Assembly: GCA_045655245.1 (NCBI GenBank)
Contig: JAZOOX010000024.1
Coordinates: 488-64,487 of the forward strand
Direction: 5' to 3'
From: Clostridia bacterium
GTDB taxonomy: Bacteria; Bacillota; Clostridia; RGIG8785
DNA length: 64,000 nt
Part shown: piece by piece, positions 50,037-60,354 of the stretch
Layout: every line of letters begins with the position of its first letter
How positions within the stretch are numbered: position 1 is the stretch's first letter
The notes under the pieces: generated by a model
What the model was told of the DNA's origin: nothing
What the model saw: only the letters and a program-made list of their open reading frames with translations
The model's database searches: none
Made by a program: the position numbers and the translations under genes

Positions 50037-50989
50037 CAAAGGACTTCCTCCACTGCCTTGACCAGAGCGGCAACCGCCTCGTCCAAGGGCAAGGTCAGGG
50101 TGCACCCCGCCGCACGGGCATGGCCGCCACCGGAGAAGTTCGCCGCAATGTTGGAAACATCCACCGATTCTTCCGAGCGTAGGCTTGCTTTAAAGGAGCC
50201 ATCCGACTTTTCACGCAGGAAGGCGCTGACCTCGACCCCTTTCATATTGCGGAGCATATTGGACATCCCGTCCAGTTCGGCGTCCCCCACCCCAATTTCG
50301 GCCGCTTTGGCAAGGGGCAGGTGTGCTACCGCCAACCGACCGTCACAAAAGAACTGCAGGGTGGCAATGACCGCACTCTGCGCCTGCAGAGCTGACAGGG
50401 TAGTAACCTCGTACAGACGGTGATGGACATCGGTGGTGTTGACACCGACCTGCAGGAGTTCTGCCGCAATCCGATGGGTTCTTGCGGTGGTTGCAGAATA
50501 GGCAAACCGACCTGTATCGGTCAAGATGCCCACGTAAAGCGCCGTTGCCATAGCGGGGGTCATGGGGATTTCCGATTCCCGCAGGAGTTCGTACAACAAC
50601 TCGGCAGTGGCAGAGGCATCGCCGTCGATGATATTGGTTTCGGCATAGCCGATATTGGTGTGGTGATGGTCAATGACCAAGGTGTGGGGATGCTTTAAAA
50701 AGGCCGACTCCGCCCGACCCAAACGATCGGATGCACCGCAATCAAGGGCAATCATCCAATCATAGCGTTCGGGAAGTAGGCCCTCTATGGGTTGGGTTTC
50801 CACCGTGAAAAAACGATAGGCCTCCTCTACCGGTTTCTCGGTAAAAAAGGAGACCTCTTTTCCCAAGGAACGCAACCCTAAAACCAGTGCCGTAGCACTG
50901 CCCAGTGCATCACCGTCGGGGTGGACGTGGGTTAAAACCGCAATGCGCCGTGCCCGTTCGATTTCATTCCTCAGATTCCTCTCGTTCAT
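50036..50989 (-). CDS. nrnA: DHH/DHHA1 family phosphoesterase (NrnA-like nanoRNase / pAp phosphatase)
   Basis: HPDGDALGS, IDHH and GGGH motifs. Start assumed at internal ATG (MNERNL); this overlaps the rbfA 3' end by ~26 nt, so the start is uncertain. Confidence 0.75.
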   Translation of the reverse strand: MNERNLRNEIERARRIAVLTHVHPDGDALGSATALVLGLRSLGKEVSFFTEKPVEEAYRFFTVETQPIEGLLPERYDWMIALDCGASDRLGRAESAFLKHPHTLVIDHHHTNIGYAETNIIDGDASATAELLYELLRESEIPMTPAMATALYVGILTDTGRFAYSATTARTHRIAAELLQVGVNTTDVHHRLYEVTTLSALQAQSAVIATLQFFCDGRLAVAHLPLAKAAEIGVGDAELDGMSNMLRNMKGVEVSAFLREKSDGSFKASLRSEESVDVSNIAANFSGGGHARAAGCTLTLPLDEAVAALVKAVEEVL

Positions 50990-51338
50990 GTTTTCCCTCC
51001 GAAAACGTGTTGATAATCTCGGCAATCTTGGCACCGTGCGCAATGGAACGGTCCAGCTCGAAAATCAACTCGGGGGTATAGCGCACATCCACCTTTTGGG
51101 ACAGTTCCCTGCGGATAAACCCCGCGGCGCGGCGCAACCCCTCTAAAGTTTTTTGTTCTTCCTCCGCACTGCCGTAGACACTGACGTAAACCTTTGCATA
51201 GCGCAGGTCACGGGTGACGGATAAGGAAACCACGCTGATCATAGAGGCGATCCGCGGGTCTTTCAACCCACGGATAACCTCCACCAGTCCGTGCTTTAAA
51301 GTCTCGGTAATGCGGTCGATTCGTTGATAATCTGCCAT
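50964..51338 (-). CDS. rbfA: Ribosome-binding factor A
   Basis: Start at internal ATG ([10 protein letters not shown]), which overlaps the infB stop. Acidic C-terminal tail. Confidence 0.88.
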   Translation of the reverse strand: MADYQRIDRITETLKHGLVEVIRGLKDPRIASMISVVSLSVTRDLRYAKVYVSVYGSAEEEQKTLEGLRRAAGFIRRELSQKVDVRYTPELIFELDRSIAHGAKIAEIINTFSEGKHEREESEE

Positions 51339-53563
51339 TATCGTGCTACCTCTTCCATCACGAAGCATTCCACAACGTCCTGCTCCTTGATGTCGTTAAA
51401 GTTCTCAAAGCCCAGACCGCACTCGTAGCTGTTGGCGACTTCTTTTACGTCGTCTTTGAAACGCTTTAAGGAGTTCAGCTTGCCTTCGTGGATAACGATA
51501 CCGTCACGGACGATACGGACTTCGCTGTTACGGACGATCTTACCGTCGGTGACGTAGCAACCTGCAATGGTACCGACACCGCTGACCTTAAAGGTCTGAC
51601 GGACTTGGGCGTGACCCAGTACATTTTCAACGAACTGAGGTGCCAGCATACCCTTCATAGCAGCTTCCATTTCCTCGATGGCCTGATAAATAACCCGATA
51701 CAGGCGAATGTCTGCGCCCTGGCGTTTTGCCGATTCCATGGTGGAGGCGGTGGGACGTACGTTAAAACCGATGATAATTGCATTGGAGGCAGTTGCCAGC
51801 ATAACGTCCGACTCGGTAACGGTACCGACACCGCCGTGGATGACACGGACACGGACTTCTTCGTTGCTGAGTTTTTCCAGCGACTGGCGCATTGCTTCGA
51901 CAGAACCCTGAACGTCCGCCTTCAGAATAATACTCAGTTCCTTCATTTCACCCTCTTTGATCTGGTCGAAGAGGTTATCCAAAGTAACGCGAGAAACAGC
52001 GTTCTGTGCTTCCGCCTTTTGCTTTTGTTTTCTGGCTTCGACCACTTCACGTGCCTTTCGCTCGTCGGATACGGCGTAGAAGACGTCACCGCCCTCGGGG
52101 GTTTCGGACAGACCGGTAATCTCGACAGGAACGGAAGGACCTGCTTCTTTCAAACGGCGACCCTTATCGTCCATCATGACACGGACACGGCCGACAGAAG
52201 TACCTGCCACCACGATGTCGCCACTCTTTAAGGTACCGTTTTGGACCAGGACGGTGGCAACGGGACCACGACCCTTATCCAGGCGGGACTCGATAACCGT
52301 ACCTTTTGCCATACGGTCGGGGTTGGCCTTCAGTTCGCGCATTTCGGCAACCAGAAGGATCATTTCCAATACATCGTCAATACCCGTGCGGTTCTTTGCT
52401 GAGGTGTTGACACAGATGGTATCGCCGCCCCAAGCTTCAGGCACAAGACCATGCTCGGTCAGTTCCTGCATCACGCGGTCGGGGTTGGCAGTGGGTTTAT
52501 CAATTTTATTGATGGCTACGATGATCGAGATGTTGGCTGCCTTGGCATGGTTGATTGCCTCGACGGTCTGAGGCATGATACCGTCGTCGGCGGCGACAAC
52601 CAAAACTGCAATATCTGTAACCTGTGCACCACGAGCACGCATAGCGGTAAAGGCCTCGTGGCCGGGAGTGTCTAAGAACGTAATATCCTGGTCGTGGATA
52701 CGGACGCGACAAGCACCGATGTGCTGGGTAATGCCGCCCGCCTCGGTGGCGGTAACGTTACTGTCACGGATCGCATCCAAAAGGGAAGTCTTACCGTGGT
52801 CAACGTGGCCCATAACAACAACGACAGGAGAACGGGGTTTTAAGTCTTCGGGTGCATCCTCGGTGTCCTGGAAGAGTTTGTCTTCCTCGGTCACGATGAC
52901 CTCACGGCTGACAACAGCACCAAAGTCCTCGGCAACCAGAGCAGCGGTGTCATAGTCAACCGTTTGGCTGACAGCTGCCATAATGCCCAGCATCATCAGC
53001 TTTTTGATGACTTCAACAGCAGGTTTGCCCAAACGTTCTGCCAGTTCGCCCACCGAAATCTCGTCGGGGATCATAACCTCTAACTTTTCGGGTTTTGCCT
53101 TCTCCTTGTTGTTCTTTTCAGGCATATTCTTTTTGTTGTTATCCTGCTTTTCCCGACGGTTGTTCTTTTTAATCTTTTGCTTACCGCCGACCATGCCCTC
53201 GCCATGACCCAATTCTTCTTCGATCTTTTCGTTGGCGTTGATTTTATCCAAATCTGCCGTCGATTGACGGGTCTCCACATAGCGGACCGTTGCGCCGGTG
53301 ATCTCTTCGCTCTCGGCAACGATTTCTTCTACCGAGACATCGGGTACAGCGGGTTTTGGGGGTTCTTCACGGGTGGGGAATACCAATTCCTCCACCGCAG
53401 TTTTTTGGGTATAGTACTCGAAAATCAGATCCATTTCTGCTTCTTCCAGCAACGCCATATGGTTTTTGACCGCCATATCGTAGTTTGCCAAAAGCTCCAT
53501 CAGTTCCTTGCTGGGGACATTGATGGTTTTGGATACTTCATGGACTCTTTGCTTGATAATCAT
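51338..53563 (-). CDS. infB: Translation initiation factor IF-2
   Basis: 741 aa. G-domain GHVDHGKTS with DTPGH and NKID motifs. Conserved position after nusA. Confidence 0.93.
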   Translation of the reverse strand: MIIKQRVHEVSKTINVPSKELMELLANYDMAVKNHMALLEEAEMDLIFEYYTQKTAVEELVFPTREEPPKPAVPDVSVEEIVAESEEITGATVRYVETRQSTADLDKINANEKIEEELGHGEGMVGGKQKIKKNNRREKQDNNKKNMPEKNNKEKAKPEKLEVMIPDEISVGELAERLGKPAVEVIKKLMMLGIMAAVSQTVDYDTAALVAEDFGAVVSREVIVTEEDKLFQDTEDAPEDLKPRSPVVVVMGHVDHGKTSLLDAIRDSNVTATEAGGITQHIGACRVRIHDQDITFLDTPGHEAFTAMRARGAQVTDIAVLVVAADDGIMPQTVEAINHAKAANISIIVAINKIDKPTANPDRVMQELTEHGLVPEAWGGDTICVNTSAKNRTGIDDVLEMILLVAEMRELKANPDRMAKGTVIESRLDKGRGPVATVLVQNGTLKSGDIVVAGTSVGRVRVMMDDKGRRLKEAGPSVPVEITGLSETPEGGDVFYAVSDERKAREVVEARKQKQKAEAQNAVSRVTLDNLFDQIKEGEMKELSIILKADVQGSVEAMRQSLEKLSNEEVRVRVIHGGVGTVTESDVMLATASNAIIIGFNVRPTASTMESAKRQGADIRLYRVIYQAIEEMEAAMKGMLAPQFVENVLGHAQVRQTFKVSGVGTIAGCYVTDGKIVRNSEVRIVRDGIVIHEGKLNSLKRFKDDVKEVANSYECGLGFENFNDIKEQDVVECFVMEEVAR

Positions 53564-53577
53564 TCAATCCACCTCCG

Positions 53578-53883
53578 TTAGTCGTTTGCCAAAAGACGGA
53601 TAAACTGCTTGGAAAAGCCTTCATCATTGATGCTGATGACGGCGGCGGTTTCCCGACCGCAGGCTCTACCGATCTCCGCTTTTGTGACATATTCCATACA
53701 GGGGATTCCGTAATCCTTGCACAGACCTTTGTAACTGCGCTTAATATGCTCGGACGCATCCGAGGCCAACAGAATGACATAGGTTTTGCCTTTGCTTAAT
53801 GCATCGCGGCAAGCATAGTCGCCCGATACCATCCGCCCTGCCTTTTTACAAAGGCCGAGCAGACCCAAACCGTTATTCTGCAT
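53578..53883 (-). CDS. L7Ae-family RNA-binding protein (YlxQ-like)
   Basis: 101 aa, GLCKKAGRMVSG motif. Conserved position in the nusA-infB operon. Confidence 0.8.
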   Translation of the reverse strand: MQNNGLGLLGLCKKAGRMVSGDYACRDALSKGKTYVILLASDASEHIKRSYKGLCKDYGIPCMEYVTKAEIGRACGRETAAVISINDEGFSKQFIRLLAND

Positions 53884-54148
53884 TCGAAATCTCCTTTTTT
53901 AAACTCTGATACAGTTCTTCGCTGATTTGCTGGGAAAAGGCACGTTCCAGCCGTCTGGACTTTCGGGCTTTTTCCAGGCACTCGGGGTTGAGACAAAGGT
54001 AAGCGCCACGGCCTGCTTTCTTCCCGGTCAGATCCATAGAGACCGCACCTTCCTTGTCCTTAACCACACGAACCAGCTCTTTTTTCGGCTTCATTTCACC
54101 GCACCCGATGCACATCCGCATCGGAATTTTACGAGGCGTTACCGACAT
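53873..54148 (-). CDS. YlxR/RnpM family (DUF448) RNA-binding protein
   Basis: 91 aa, PMRMCIGCGEMKPKKELVRVV motif. Immediately downstream of nusA. Confidence 0.8.
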   Translation of the reverse strand: MSVTPRKIPMRMCIGCGEMKPKKELVRVVKDKEGAVSMDLTGKKAGRGAYLCLNPECLEKARKSRRLERAFSQQISEELYQSLKKEISNAE

Positions 54149-54151
54149 GGT

Positions 54152-55186
54152 TTACGCCTCCGCTTTTTCGCATTGGATGTCAATCTTCCAGCCAGTCAGC
54201 TTGGCAACCAATCGCGCATTCTGCCCCTCTTTACCGATGGCCAAAGACAACTGCTGATCGGCAACGGTAACGGTGCAGGAATGGGTCTCTTCATTAACAA
54301 CGACATTTAAGACCTTGGCGGGGTTTAACGCCGCGCTGATGTATTCAACGGGGTCATCACTGTACTGGATGATGTCGATTTTTTCGCCGCGGAGTTCGTC
54401 CACAATATTCTGGACGCGAGTACCACGCTGACCGACACATGCGCCTACGGGATCCACATTCTCGTCCTTGGAGTAAACGGCGATTTTGGTGCGGGAACCT
54501 GCTTCACGGGCAATACCTTTGATTTCGACAATGCCATCGTGGATCTCGGGAACCTGCTGTTCAAACAATCTCTTAACCAGGCCCGGATGGGTGCGGGATA
54601 CGATCACGCGGGAGTCTTTTGCACCGCGACGGACTTCAGCAACATAAAGCTTAATCCGTTCGTGGGGTTGATAGGTCTCACCGGGGACCTGTTCTTTTGC
54701 ATCTAAAACGGTCTCGGTCTTGCCGATGGAAACGTATACGTTCTTACGGACAATCTTCTGCACGGTGGCGGAAACGATCTCGCCCTCCTGCTGGGAGATT
54801 TCAGCGTATTCCATATCACGCTCGGTCTCGTGGAGACGCTGTACAACGACCTGCTTTGCGGTCTGTGCAGCAACACGACCGAAGTCGCGGGGGATGACCT
54901 CTTCCTGGGTAATATCGCCCAGTTCATAACGGGCGTTTAATTTCCGTGCTTCTTCCAGCGAAATTTCCACCGCGGGATTTTCCACCGTCTCCACAACCGT
55001 TTTCTGGCTGTAAACGTGGATTTCGCCCGTTTCGCCGTCGATGGTTACGCCGACGCTGGTGTTGGCACCATAGTTCCGCTTATAGGCAGAAATCAGCGCC
55101 GCTTCCATGGTGTCCAACAGAACCTGTTTGGAAATGCCTTTTTCCTTTTCCAGTTGGTTCAATGCTTCGATAAATTCCTTGTTCAT
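54152..55186 (-). CDS. nusA: Transcription termination/antitermination factor NusA
   Basis: 344 aa. N-terminal domain, S1 and two KH domains; no AR repeats, as in Firmicutes. Confidence 0.93.
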   Translation of the reverse strand: MNKEFIEALNQLEKEKGISKQVLLDTMEAALISAYKRNYGANTSVGVTIDGETGEIHVYSQKTVVETVENPAVEISLEEARKLNARYELGDITQEEVIPRDFGRVAAQTAKQVVVQRLHETERDMEYAEISQQEGEIVSATVQKIVRKNVYVSIGKTETVLDAKEQVPGETYQPHERIKLYVAEVRRGAKDSRVIVSRTHPGLVKRLFEQQVPEIHDGIVEIKGIAREAGSRTKIAVYSKDENVDPVGACVGQRGTRVQNIVDELRGEKIDIIQYSDDPVEYISAALNPAKVLNVVVNEETHSCTVTVADQQLSLAIGKEGQNARLVAKLTGWKIDIQCEKAEA

Positions 55187-55211
55187 TTTTTAGTAATCCC
55201 TCCCGATATTG

Positions 55212-55676
55212 TTACCAGTCCAGGTCGGGAATGACCCGAACGGATGATATTTTTTCTTTTTCAAAGACCATTGAGGGAGCATCCTCAAAGGCCAAAGTAA
55301 CCGTTGTTTCGGTGGCTGATTCCAGCACACCCTCCCATTGTTTTTTCTTCTCGATGGGTGCGTATAAATGTACCTCTACCGCCTCGCCGACGGCATTTTC
55401 AAAATGCTCGGGCAGACGAAGCAAGCGATCTAGTCCGGGGGATGAGACCTCCAACAAATACTGGTACGGAATGGGGTCGGTTTCGTCCAGACGGTCGCTC
55501 ATAGCGCGACTGACCTTTTCGCAATCCTCGATGGTGACCCCCGCTTCACAGTCGATAAAGATACGGAAGTACCACTGCCCTCCCTCTTTGACCAGCATCA
55601 GGTCATAAAGGGAAAGTCCGCAAGCCTCCACGATAGGCAAAGCCAGTTGTCTCAGACGCGGTTCCAGTTTTGACAA
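55212..55676 (-). CDS. rimP: Ribosome maturation factor RimP
   Basis: 154 aa. TTG start. LEVSSPGLDR motif. Confidence 0.85.
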   Translation of the reverse strand: MSKLEPRLRQLALPIVEACGLSLYDLMLVKEGGQWYFRIFIDCEAGVTIEDCEKVSRAMSDRLDETDPIPYQYLLEVSSPGLDRLLRLPEHFENAVGEAVEVHLYAPIEKKKQWEGVLESATETTVTLAFEDAPSMVFEKEKISSVRVIPDLDW

Positions 55677-55748
55677 AAAAATTCACCTCACAAAAGGAAA
55701 GAGCGGGTTTGTCAACCCACTCTCCATAAAATCATATCGTCTTACCTT

Positions 55749-55776
55749 ATTATACCACACTTTTTCAAAAAAGCAA
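55749..55776 (-). promoter_or_regulatory. Promoter of the rimP-nusA-infB operon
   Basis: TTGCTT, 16 nt, TGgTATAAT. Confidence 0.55.
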
Positions 55777-56082
55777 TAGTTTTTTCGAAAAAGTTGGGCA
55801 AACCCATCTGCCTTCCGATTCACAAAGACCGATGACATAATACCCCTGTTGCCCCACCCTTGCCCCTTCAGGGTAAAAGCGCACCGCTTCTAAGTGGGAC
55901 AGCGCCGGATGGGGGGATAGTCCCAACCGTGCAGGGAAGGCGTAATAGTCCACGCCCTCGCTGTGGGCATTGTAGTAACTCCCGCTTTGAGAAAGCAAAG
56001 CCCGCAACTCCCCGTCCGAGAACAGGGTGCGGGCAAGAGTCCCCCTCGGGAGACGTTGTTGTTTGATAAACTGCAGTTCCAA
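55765..56082 (-). CDS. Hypothetical 105-aa protein (doubtful)
   Basis: TTG start with tight RBS spacing. The 3' end runs into the rimP promoter, and Gly/Arg codon choices are unusual. It may be non-coding. Confidence 0.3.
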   Translation of the reverse strand: MELQFIKQQRLPRGTLARTLFSDGELRALLSQSGSYYNAHSEGVDYYAFPARLGLSPHPALSHLEAVRFYPEGARVGQQGYYVIGLCESEGRWVCPTFSKKLLLF

Positions 56083-56115
56083 AAACTCACCCCGATACAG
56101 TATATGTACCGATTT

Positions 56116-56547
56116 TTATTTCAGAACAACGCCTTTGACCATAATCAGAATGTCTTCTTCCGCCAAAAGTCCGCGACCGTCCCCTACAGGCACGATCAGC
56201 AGGTGGTTGGAAGGGAATGCCGCACCGTGTTGCAGGTCGTATCCGTCGGTCACATCGGCAAGGCCACCCTTTTCGGTAGCGACCACCGAGGCTTTACCCA
56301 TCCGTAAGATCAGTTCGGTCCCTGCTTCAAAAGTGATCTTTTCACCCTTTTTAAAGGACTGTACCGTAAAGACAGCAGGTTCTGACTTGTTGTCATTGAT
56401 CAATTCTCGCACCCAATCGGCAAAAGGACCTTCCAGGTAACTTTTGGAGATCAGCGGGTCGCCCTCACTGCCGGGGTCTGCCGCAAAGACGGCTACTGTC
56501 GTTGCTAAAAGCAGCAACGCAACCAAAATCCACGCCCGTTTTTTCAT
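56116..56547 (-). CDS. Secreted hypothetical protein
   Basis: 143 aa. Clear signal peptide MKKRAWILVALLLLATTVAVFA. No recognised family. Confidence 0.6.
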   Translation of the reverse strand: MKKRAWILVALLLLATTVAVFAADPGSEGDPLISKSYLEGPFADWVRELINDNKSEPAVFTVQSFKKGEKITFEAGTELILRMGKASVVATEKGGLADVTDGYDLQHGAAFPSNHLLIVPVGDGRGLLAEEDILIMVKGVVLK

Positions 56548-56559
56548 TTGTTTTCCTCC

Positions 56560-56910
56560 TTAATAGACGTTCAGACCGAAACTGACATGGAGCGCTTCAT
56601 TCACTTGATTCATAGCGCCGTCGTCTAAGTGTCCGACCTTTTCTTTTAACCGTTGTTTATCAATGGTACGAATCTGCTCCGCCAGCACCACCGAGTCCTT
56701 TGGCAGGCCGCAACTGCCTGCGTTCAGTTCGATGTGAGTGGGCAGCTTCGATTTATTAATCTGCGAGGTAATGGCGGCGGCTATGACCGTGGGGCTGTAC
56801 TTGTTCCCCACATCGTTTTGGATGACCAGTACGGGACGGATGCCCCCCTGCTCAGACCCTACCACCGGACTTAAATCTGCATAGTAGATATCCCCTCGTT
56901 TTACGACCAC
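56560..56910 (-). CDS. ndoA: Type II toxin EndoA/NdoA (MazF/PemK family mRNA interferase)
   Basis: 116 aa, ~70% identical by eye to my recollection of B. subtilis EndoA ([31 protein letters not shown]...TIDKQRL). Located after alr, as in Bacillus. Confidence 0.9.
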   Translation of the reverse strand: MVVKRGDIYYADLSPVVGSEQGGIRPVLVIQNDVGNKYSPTVIAAAITSQINKSKLPTHIELNAGSCGLPKDSVVLAEQIRTIDKQRLKEKVGHLDDGAMNQVNEALHVSFGLNVY

Positions 56911-57179
56911 TATTTTTCACACTCCGCTAATTTTTGCTCGATTTTTAACTGCAATTCCTCATCGGCAAAAACAGCAGACCGCGCCAGTTCCAGGTTAATG
57001 GGACCCATCTCCCGATACCCCTGTTCCATTTCGCGTATTCTCCATGCACGACGTTTTTTCGCAAGTGCGACGGGGCGTTCCCCCTCTTTCGTAAGCAGTT
57101 GTTGTTTGGACACCGTGTACGCCTCCCCTGTTATTTGAGGTTTTATTATACCGCGTACCGTTCTATCCGTCAACGGCAA
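56910..57179 (-). CDS. ndoAI: Antitoxin EndoAI/NdoAI (MazE-like)
   Basis: 89 aa. Overlaps the toxin start. Sits between alr and the toxin. C-terminal [18 protein letters not shown] resembles my recollection of B. subtilis NdoAI. Confidence 0.7.
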   Translation of the reverse strand: MPLTDRTVRGIIKPQITGEAYTVSKQQLLTKEGERPVALAKKRRAWRIREMEQGYREMGPINLELARSAVFADEELQLKIEQKLAECEK

Positions 57180-57186
57180 AACCTTC

Positions 57187-58302
57187 CTACTCCCCCAGAT
57201 AATAGCGGGGAACTCGTTTGCTCACACTGCAAAGCAGTTCGTAGGAGATGGTGTCACAAAGCTCGGCAAGACCGTTTGCTCCAAGAACAGTTTCCCCCGG
57301 TTCGCCGAAAATTATTACCGTTGCGCCAATCTTTATTTCGTCCAGGTCGGTCACATCGACCATACACTGGTCCATACAAATCCGCCCGATCACAGGGGTT
57401 TTTCTCCCGGCGATGGAAACGGTGGCGCGGTTGGATAAGGTGCGGTGTACCCCGTCTGCATAGCCGATGGGCAGGACGGCAATCTTGCTGTCCCGGGACA
57501 GGGTATATGTATGTCCGTAACTGATGTCGGTATCTTTTTTTAAGGTGCGGACATTGGCTACTGTAGCGCAAAGGGTCATGACCGAACGAATACTCCCCTC
57601 TTGGTCACGGCTGTCAGGGGAATACAATGAGATCCCTGCCCGTACCATGTCCAGGTGCATTTCGGGATACCGGTCGATGGCAGCACTGTTGCAAATATGT
57701 CGCAGGGCAAAGGTAACGCCCTTTTTCTCCAGTTGTTTGCAGATTTCCAAAAACGCTGAAAACTGTTTTCGGGTATAGGTTTCGTCACAATCGGAAGCGG
57801 CAAGATGGCTGAAAATACCTTCTGCTTCCAACATAGGAAGCGCCACGGTAGAAACAATTTTGTCGACCGATTCGGCTTCGCAAACAAAGCCCAGCCGACC
57901 CATTCCGCTGTCCAGTTTAATATGAATTTTGGCAGGTTTCCCTGTTTTTTGTGCAGCATCCGAAACCGCCTGACCAAATGCTTCGTCATAAACGGTCAAG
58001 GTCAGATTTTCGGCAATGGCAAGAGGCAATTCGTCCTTGCTGACGTAACCCAGTACCAAAATCGGAATATGGGGAAAAACTGCGCGAAGTTCTGCACCTT
58101 CAGTGTAGCAGGAAACCGCCAGGTAGTCAACCCCTTCGGCAATCAGACGGCGGCTGACAGGGATTGCCCCGTGACCATAGGCATCTGCTTTCACCGCCGC
58201 AAGGACCTTGACCTGCGGGGCACAACGCTTACGGATGCGACGATAGTTTGCCCCAAGGGCATCTAAATCAATCAGGGCGTACGCCCGCTCTTTGGTATTC
58301 AA
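57187..58302 (-). CDS. alr: Alanine racemase
   Basis: 371 aa, PLP-lysine motif AAVKADAYGHG. Confidence 0.9.
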   Translation of the reverse strand: MNTKERAYALIDLDALGANYRRIRKRCAPQVKVLAAVKADAYGHGAIPVSRRLIAEGVDYLAVSCYTEGAELRAVFPHIPILVLGYVSKDELPLAIAENLTLTVYDEAFGQAVSDAAQKTGKPAKIHIKLDSGMGRLGFVCEAESVDKIVSTVALPMLEAEGIFSHLAASDCDETYTRKQFSAFLEICKQLEKKGVTFALRHICNSAAIDRYPEMHLDMVRAGISLYSPDSRDQEGSIRSVMTLCATVANVRTLKKDTDISYGHTYTLSRDSKIAVLPIGYADGVHRTLSNRATVSIAGRKTPVIGRICMDQCMVDVTDLDEIKIGATVIIFGEPGETVLGANGLAELCDTISYELLCSVSKRVPRYYLGE

Positions 58303-59750
58303 CGGCTATTCTCTCCTTGCATATCGGCAATTGCCTTGCCTAACATTCCAATGATATCGGTGGCGATCAACGAATCTTCCCCCACGTTCATCGCTGCAAA
58401 GTCTCCTGCAAGTCCGTGGAGAAAGACGCCTGCACAAGCGGCATCCCACAACGAAAGTCCCCGCCCCAGCAGAGCGCCGACGACACCTGACAAAACATCC
58501 CCTGTCCCTGCCGTTGCCATCCCCCCGTTGCCTACGGGACAATGAACGGCACGGCCGTTTTCATCGGCAATAACGGTATGCGCGCCCTTTAAAACCACGG
58601 TGGACGGATGCTGTTCGGCAAAGTCCAACGCCGTATGCAGGCGGGAAGACTGTACTTGGTCGGTGGATTTCCCCGTCAGACGGGATAATTCCCCGGGATG
58701 AGGAGTTATCAACAAGGGTTGTTTGATTTTTGCCCATAATGCAGGGGTGGCAGACAGCAAATTCAAAGCATCTGCATCCAGTAAAACCGGACATTGCGCA
58801 CGGTCGATAACTATTTTCAGCAAGCCTTTTTCCTTGCCCAACCCCATTCCGCAAACCACTGCGGAGTACTTGGAAAAGTCCGCTTTGTTCAGGTCGGGAA
58901 GGGTCATGACTTCCATGGGCAAACGGGCAGCAACCACCGCTTGTTGGGATTTGGGTACGGCAACGCTGACCAATCCGCAACCGCTCCGTAAAGCGGCTAA
59001 GGCAGAGAGGCAGACAGCGCCCGTCATCCCTTCGGCTCCCCCTACAATGAGTATGTGGCCGAAGTTGCCTTTATGACAGTTGCGAGGACGTTTGGGAAAG
59101 TGAACCCGCAGGTCCTCGGGCTGTAAAAAGTCTTTGGCATAGGATTGTAGCAACCCCTCCGAAACGCCCAATGTCGCTACCTGCAGACGGGATACAGGCA
59201 GACCAAGGTGAGCGGGCTTGGGTAAAAAGAAGGTCAAAACATGATGGGCGCGAATGATCGGACCACGGGGATAGAATTCGTCCCCGTTTTGACCGCTTTG
59301 CAGGTCCACCGACAGGACTTTTGCTCCCGAGCGATTAATCGCCTGAATGACAGCGGTCACCGATGCAGGTACTCGACCCACAAATCCGGAGCCGAAGATG
59401 GCATCAATAACCAAGTCCCCTTCAGCGGGTTCGGCAAAGGGTGCGATGCGTCCGTCAAACCGTTCCAACATAACGGCGGCATCCCCTACAGGTTCGCCAC
59501 CCACCAGGTGAACGATAACCGAATACCCTTCGCGGCGCAGATAGCGGGCGGCAACCAAGCCGTCTCCACCGTTGCCACCTTTTCCGCAAAGGACGACGAT
59601 TCGTTTACAGTTGTATTTTTGCGCCAGTGCGGCAGCGTATTCTGCCACGGCGGCACCTGCCCGCTCCATCAGGTCGGGCATAGAGATTTCCAGTTCACGG
59701 GCGGCCGCTTCTTCTAAAGAGCGGACGCGGGAAACTTCGATCGCCTTCAT
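58299..59750 (-). CDS. nnr: Bifunctional NAD(P)H-hydrate epimerase / ADP-dependent dehydratase (YjeF-N plus YjeF-C)
   Basis: 483 aa. The N-terminal domain has GKGGNGGDG; the C-terminal carbohydrate-kinase-like domain has GTGD. Confidence 0.88.
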   Translation of the reverse strand: MKAIEVSRVRSLEEAAARELEISMPDLMERAGAAVAEYAAALAQKYNCKRIVVLCGKGGNGGDGLVAARYLRREGYSVIVHLVGGEPVGDAAVMLERFDGRIAPFAEPAEGDLVIDAIFGSGFVGRVPASVTAVIQAINRSGAKVLSVDLQSGQNGDEFYPRGPIIRAHHVLTFFLPKPAHLGLPVSRLQVATLGVSEGLLQSYAKDFLQPEDLRVHFPKRPRNCHKGNFGHILIVGGAEGMTGAVCLSALAALRSGCGLVSVAVPKSQQAVVAARLPMEVMTLPDLNKADFSKYSAVVCGMGLGKEKGLLKIVIDRAQCPVLLDADALNLLSATPALWAKIKQPLLITPHPGELSRLTGKSTDQVQSSRLHTALDFAEQHPSTVVLKGAHTVIADENGRAVHCPVGNGGMATAGTGDVLSGVVGALLGRGLSLWDAACAGVFLHGLAGDFAAMNVGEDSLIATDIIGMLGKAIADMQGENSR

Positions 59751-60283
59751 CGGCTTCCCTCCTTCACACGGCGTAAGGCACGGTCTAAAATTTCAAGGGT
59801 TTGCCCGTTGGGGCAGATGTATACACGACAGGGACCCGCATCAGAAGTGTAGTCCAGGTAACGGATGCCTGCGTGGCAAGGGGTACCCGTGGCGTCCAGC
59901 ACCGTCCGACCGTGAACGGAGTCGGGGCGGTCGGCCTCGCCATAAGCGGTCACCCGCGAAAGTTCAAGGTGCAGGAGTTGTTTGCGGCGTTTCAGGGCAA
60001 TAACGCAATCCACGGTAATGGATTCGGTGCTGACAGCATATTCGTATTCCCGCCGCAGACCTTCCCAGGCGCAAAGAACGCCCCAGATAATCAGCAATAC
60101 CAAAAACAGGGCAAAGGGAAGGACCGACCAGCCCATACCTTTAGGAAACTGGCCCATTGCATAGGCAGACAGGGCAACGACCGCAATCAACGCCACAATC
60201 CCTAAAATGAAAATGATCCGTTCCTTTCGGACGATTGCAGAGGTGCGGTTACCCCGCACCGTAGTTTCGGCATACTGTTGCAT
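59747..60283 (-). CDS. Hypothetical membrane protein (2 TM plus C-terminal soluble domain)
   Basis: Start at internal ATG (MQQYAE) with GGAGG. 4-nt overlap with nnr. Confidence 0.5.
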   Translation of the reverse strand: MQQYAETTVRGNRTSAIVRKERIIFILGIVALIAVVALSAYAMGQFPKGMGWSVLPFALFLVLLIIWGVLCAWEGLRREYEYAVSTESITVDCVIALKRRKQLLHLELSRVTAYGEADRPDSVHGRTVLDATGTPCHAGIRYLDYTSDAGPCRVYICPNGQTLEILDRALRRVKEGSR

Positions 60284-60295
60284 AGATTCCTCCGA

Positions 60296-60340
60296 TAAAA
60301 AAAGGGTTGCACTAACGGGACAGCCCATTAATCACAACCC
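60296..60340 (-). terminator. Terminator after the efp / Cys-Asp-repeat gene pair
   Basis: AAAGGGTTG-(25-nt loop with a GGGctgtCCC sub-hairpin)-CAACCCTTT followed by T6. Confidence 0.45.
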
Positions 60341-60354
60341 TTTTGCCATTTCAA

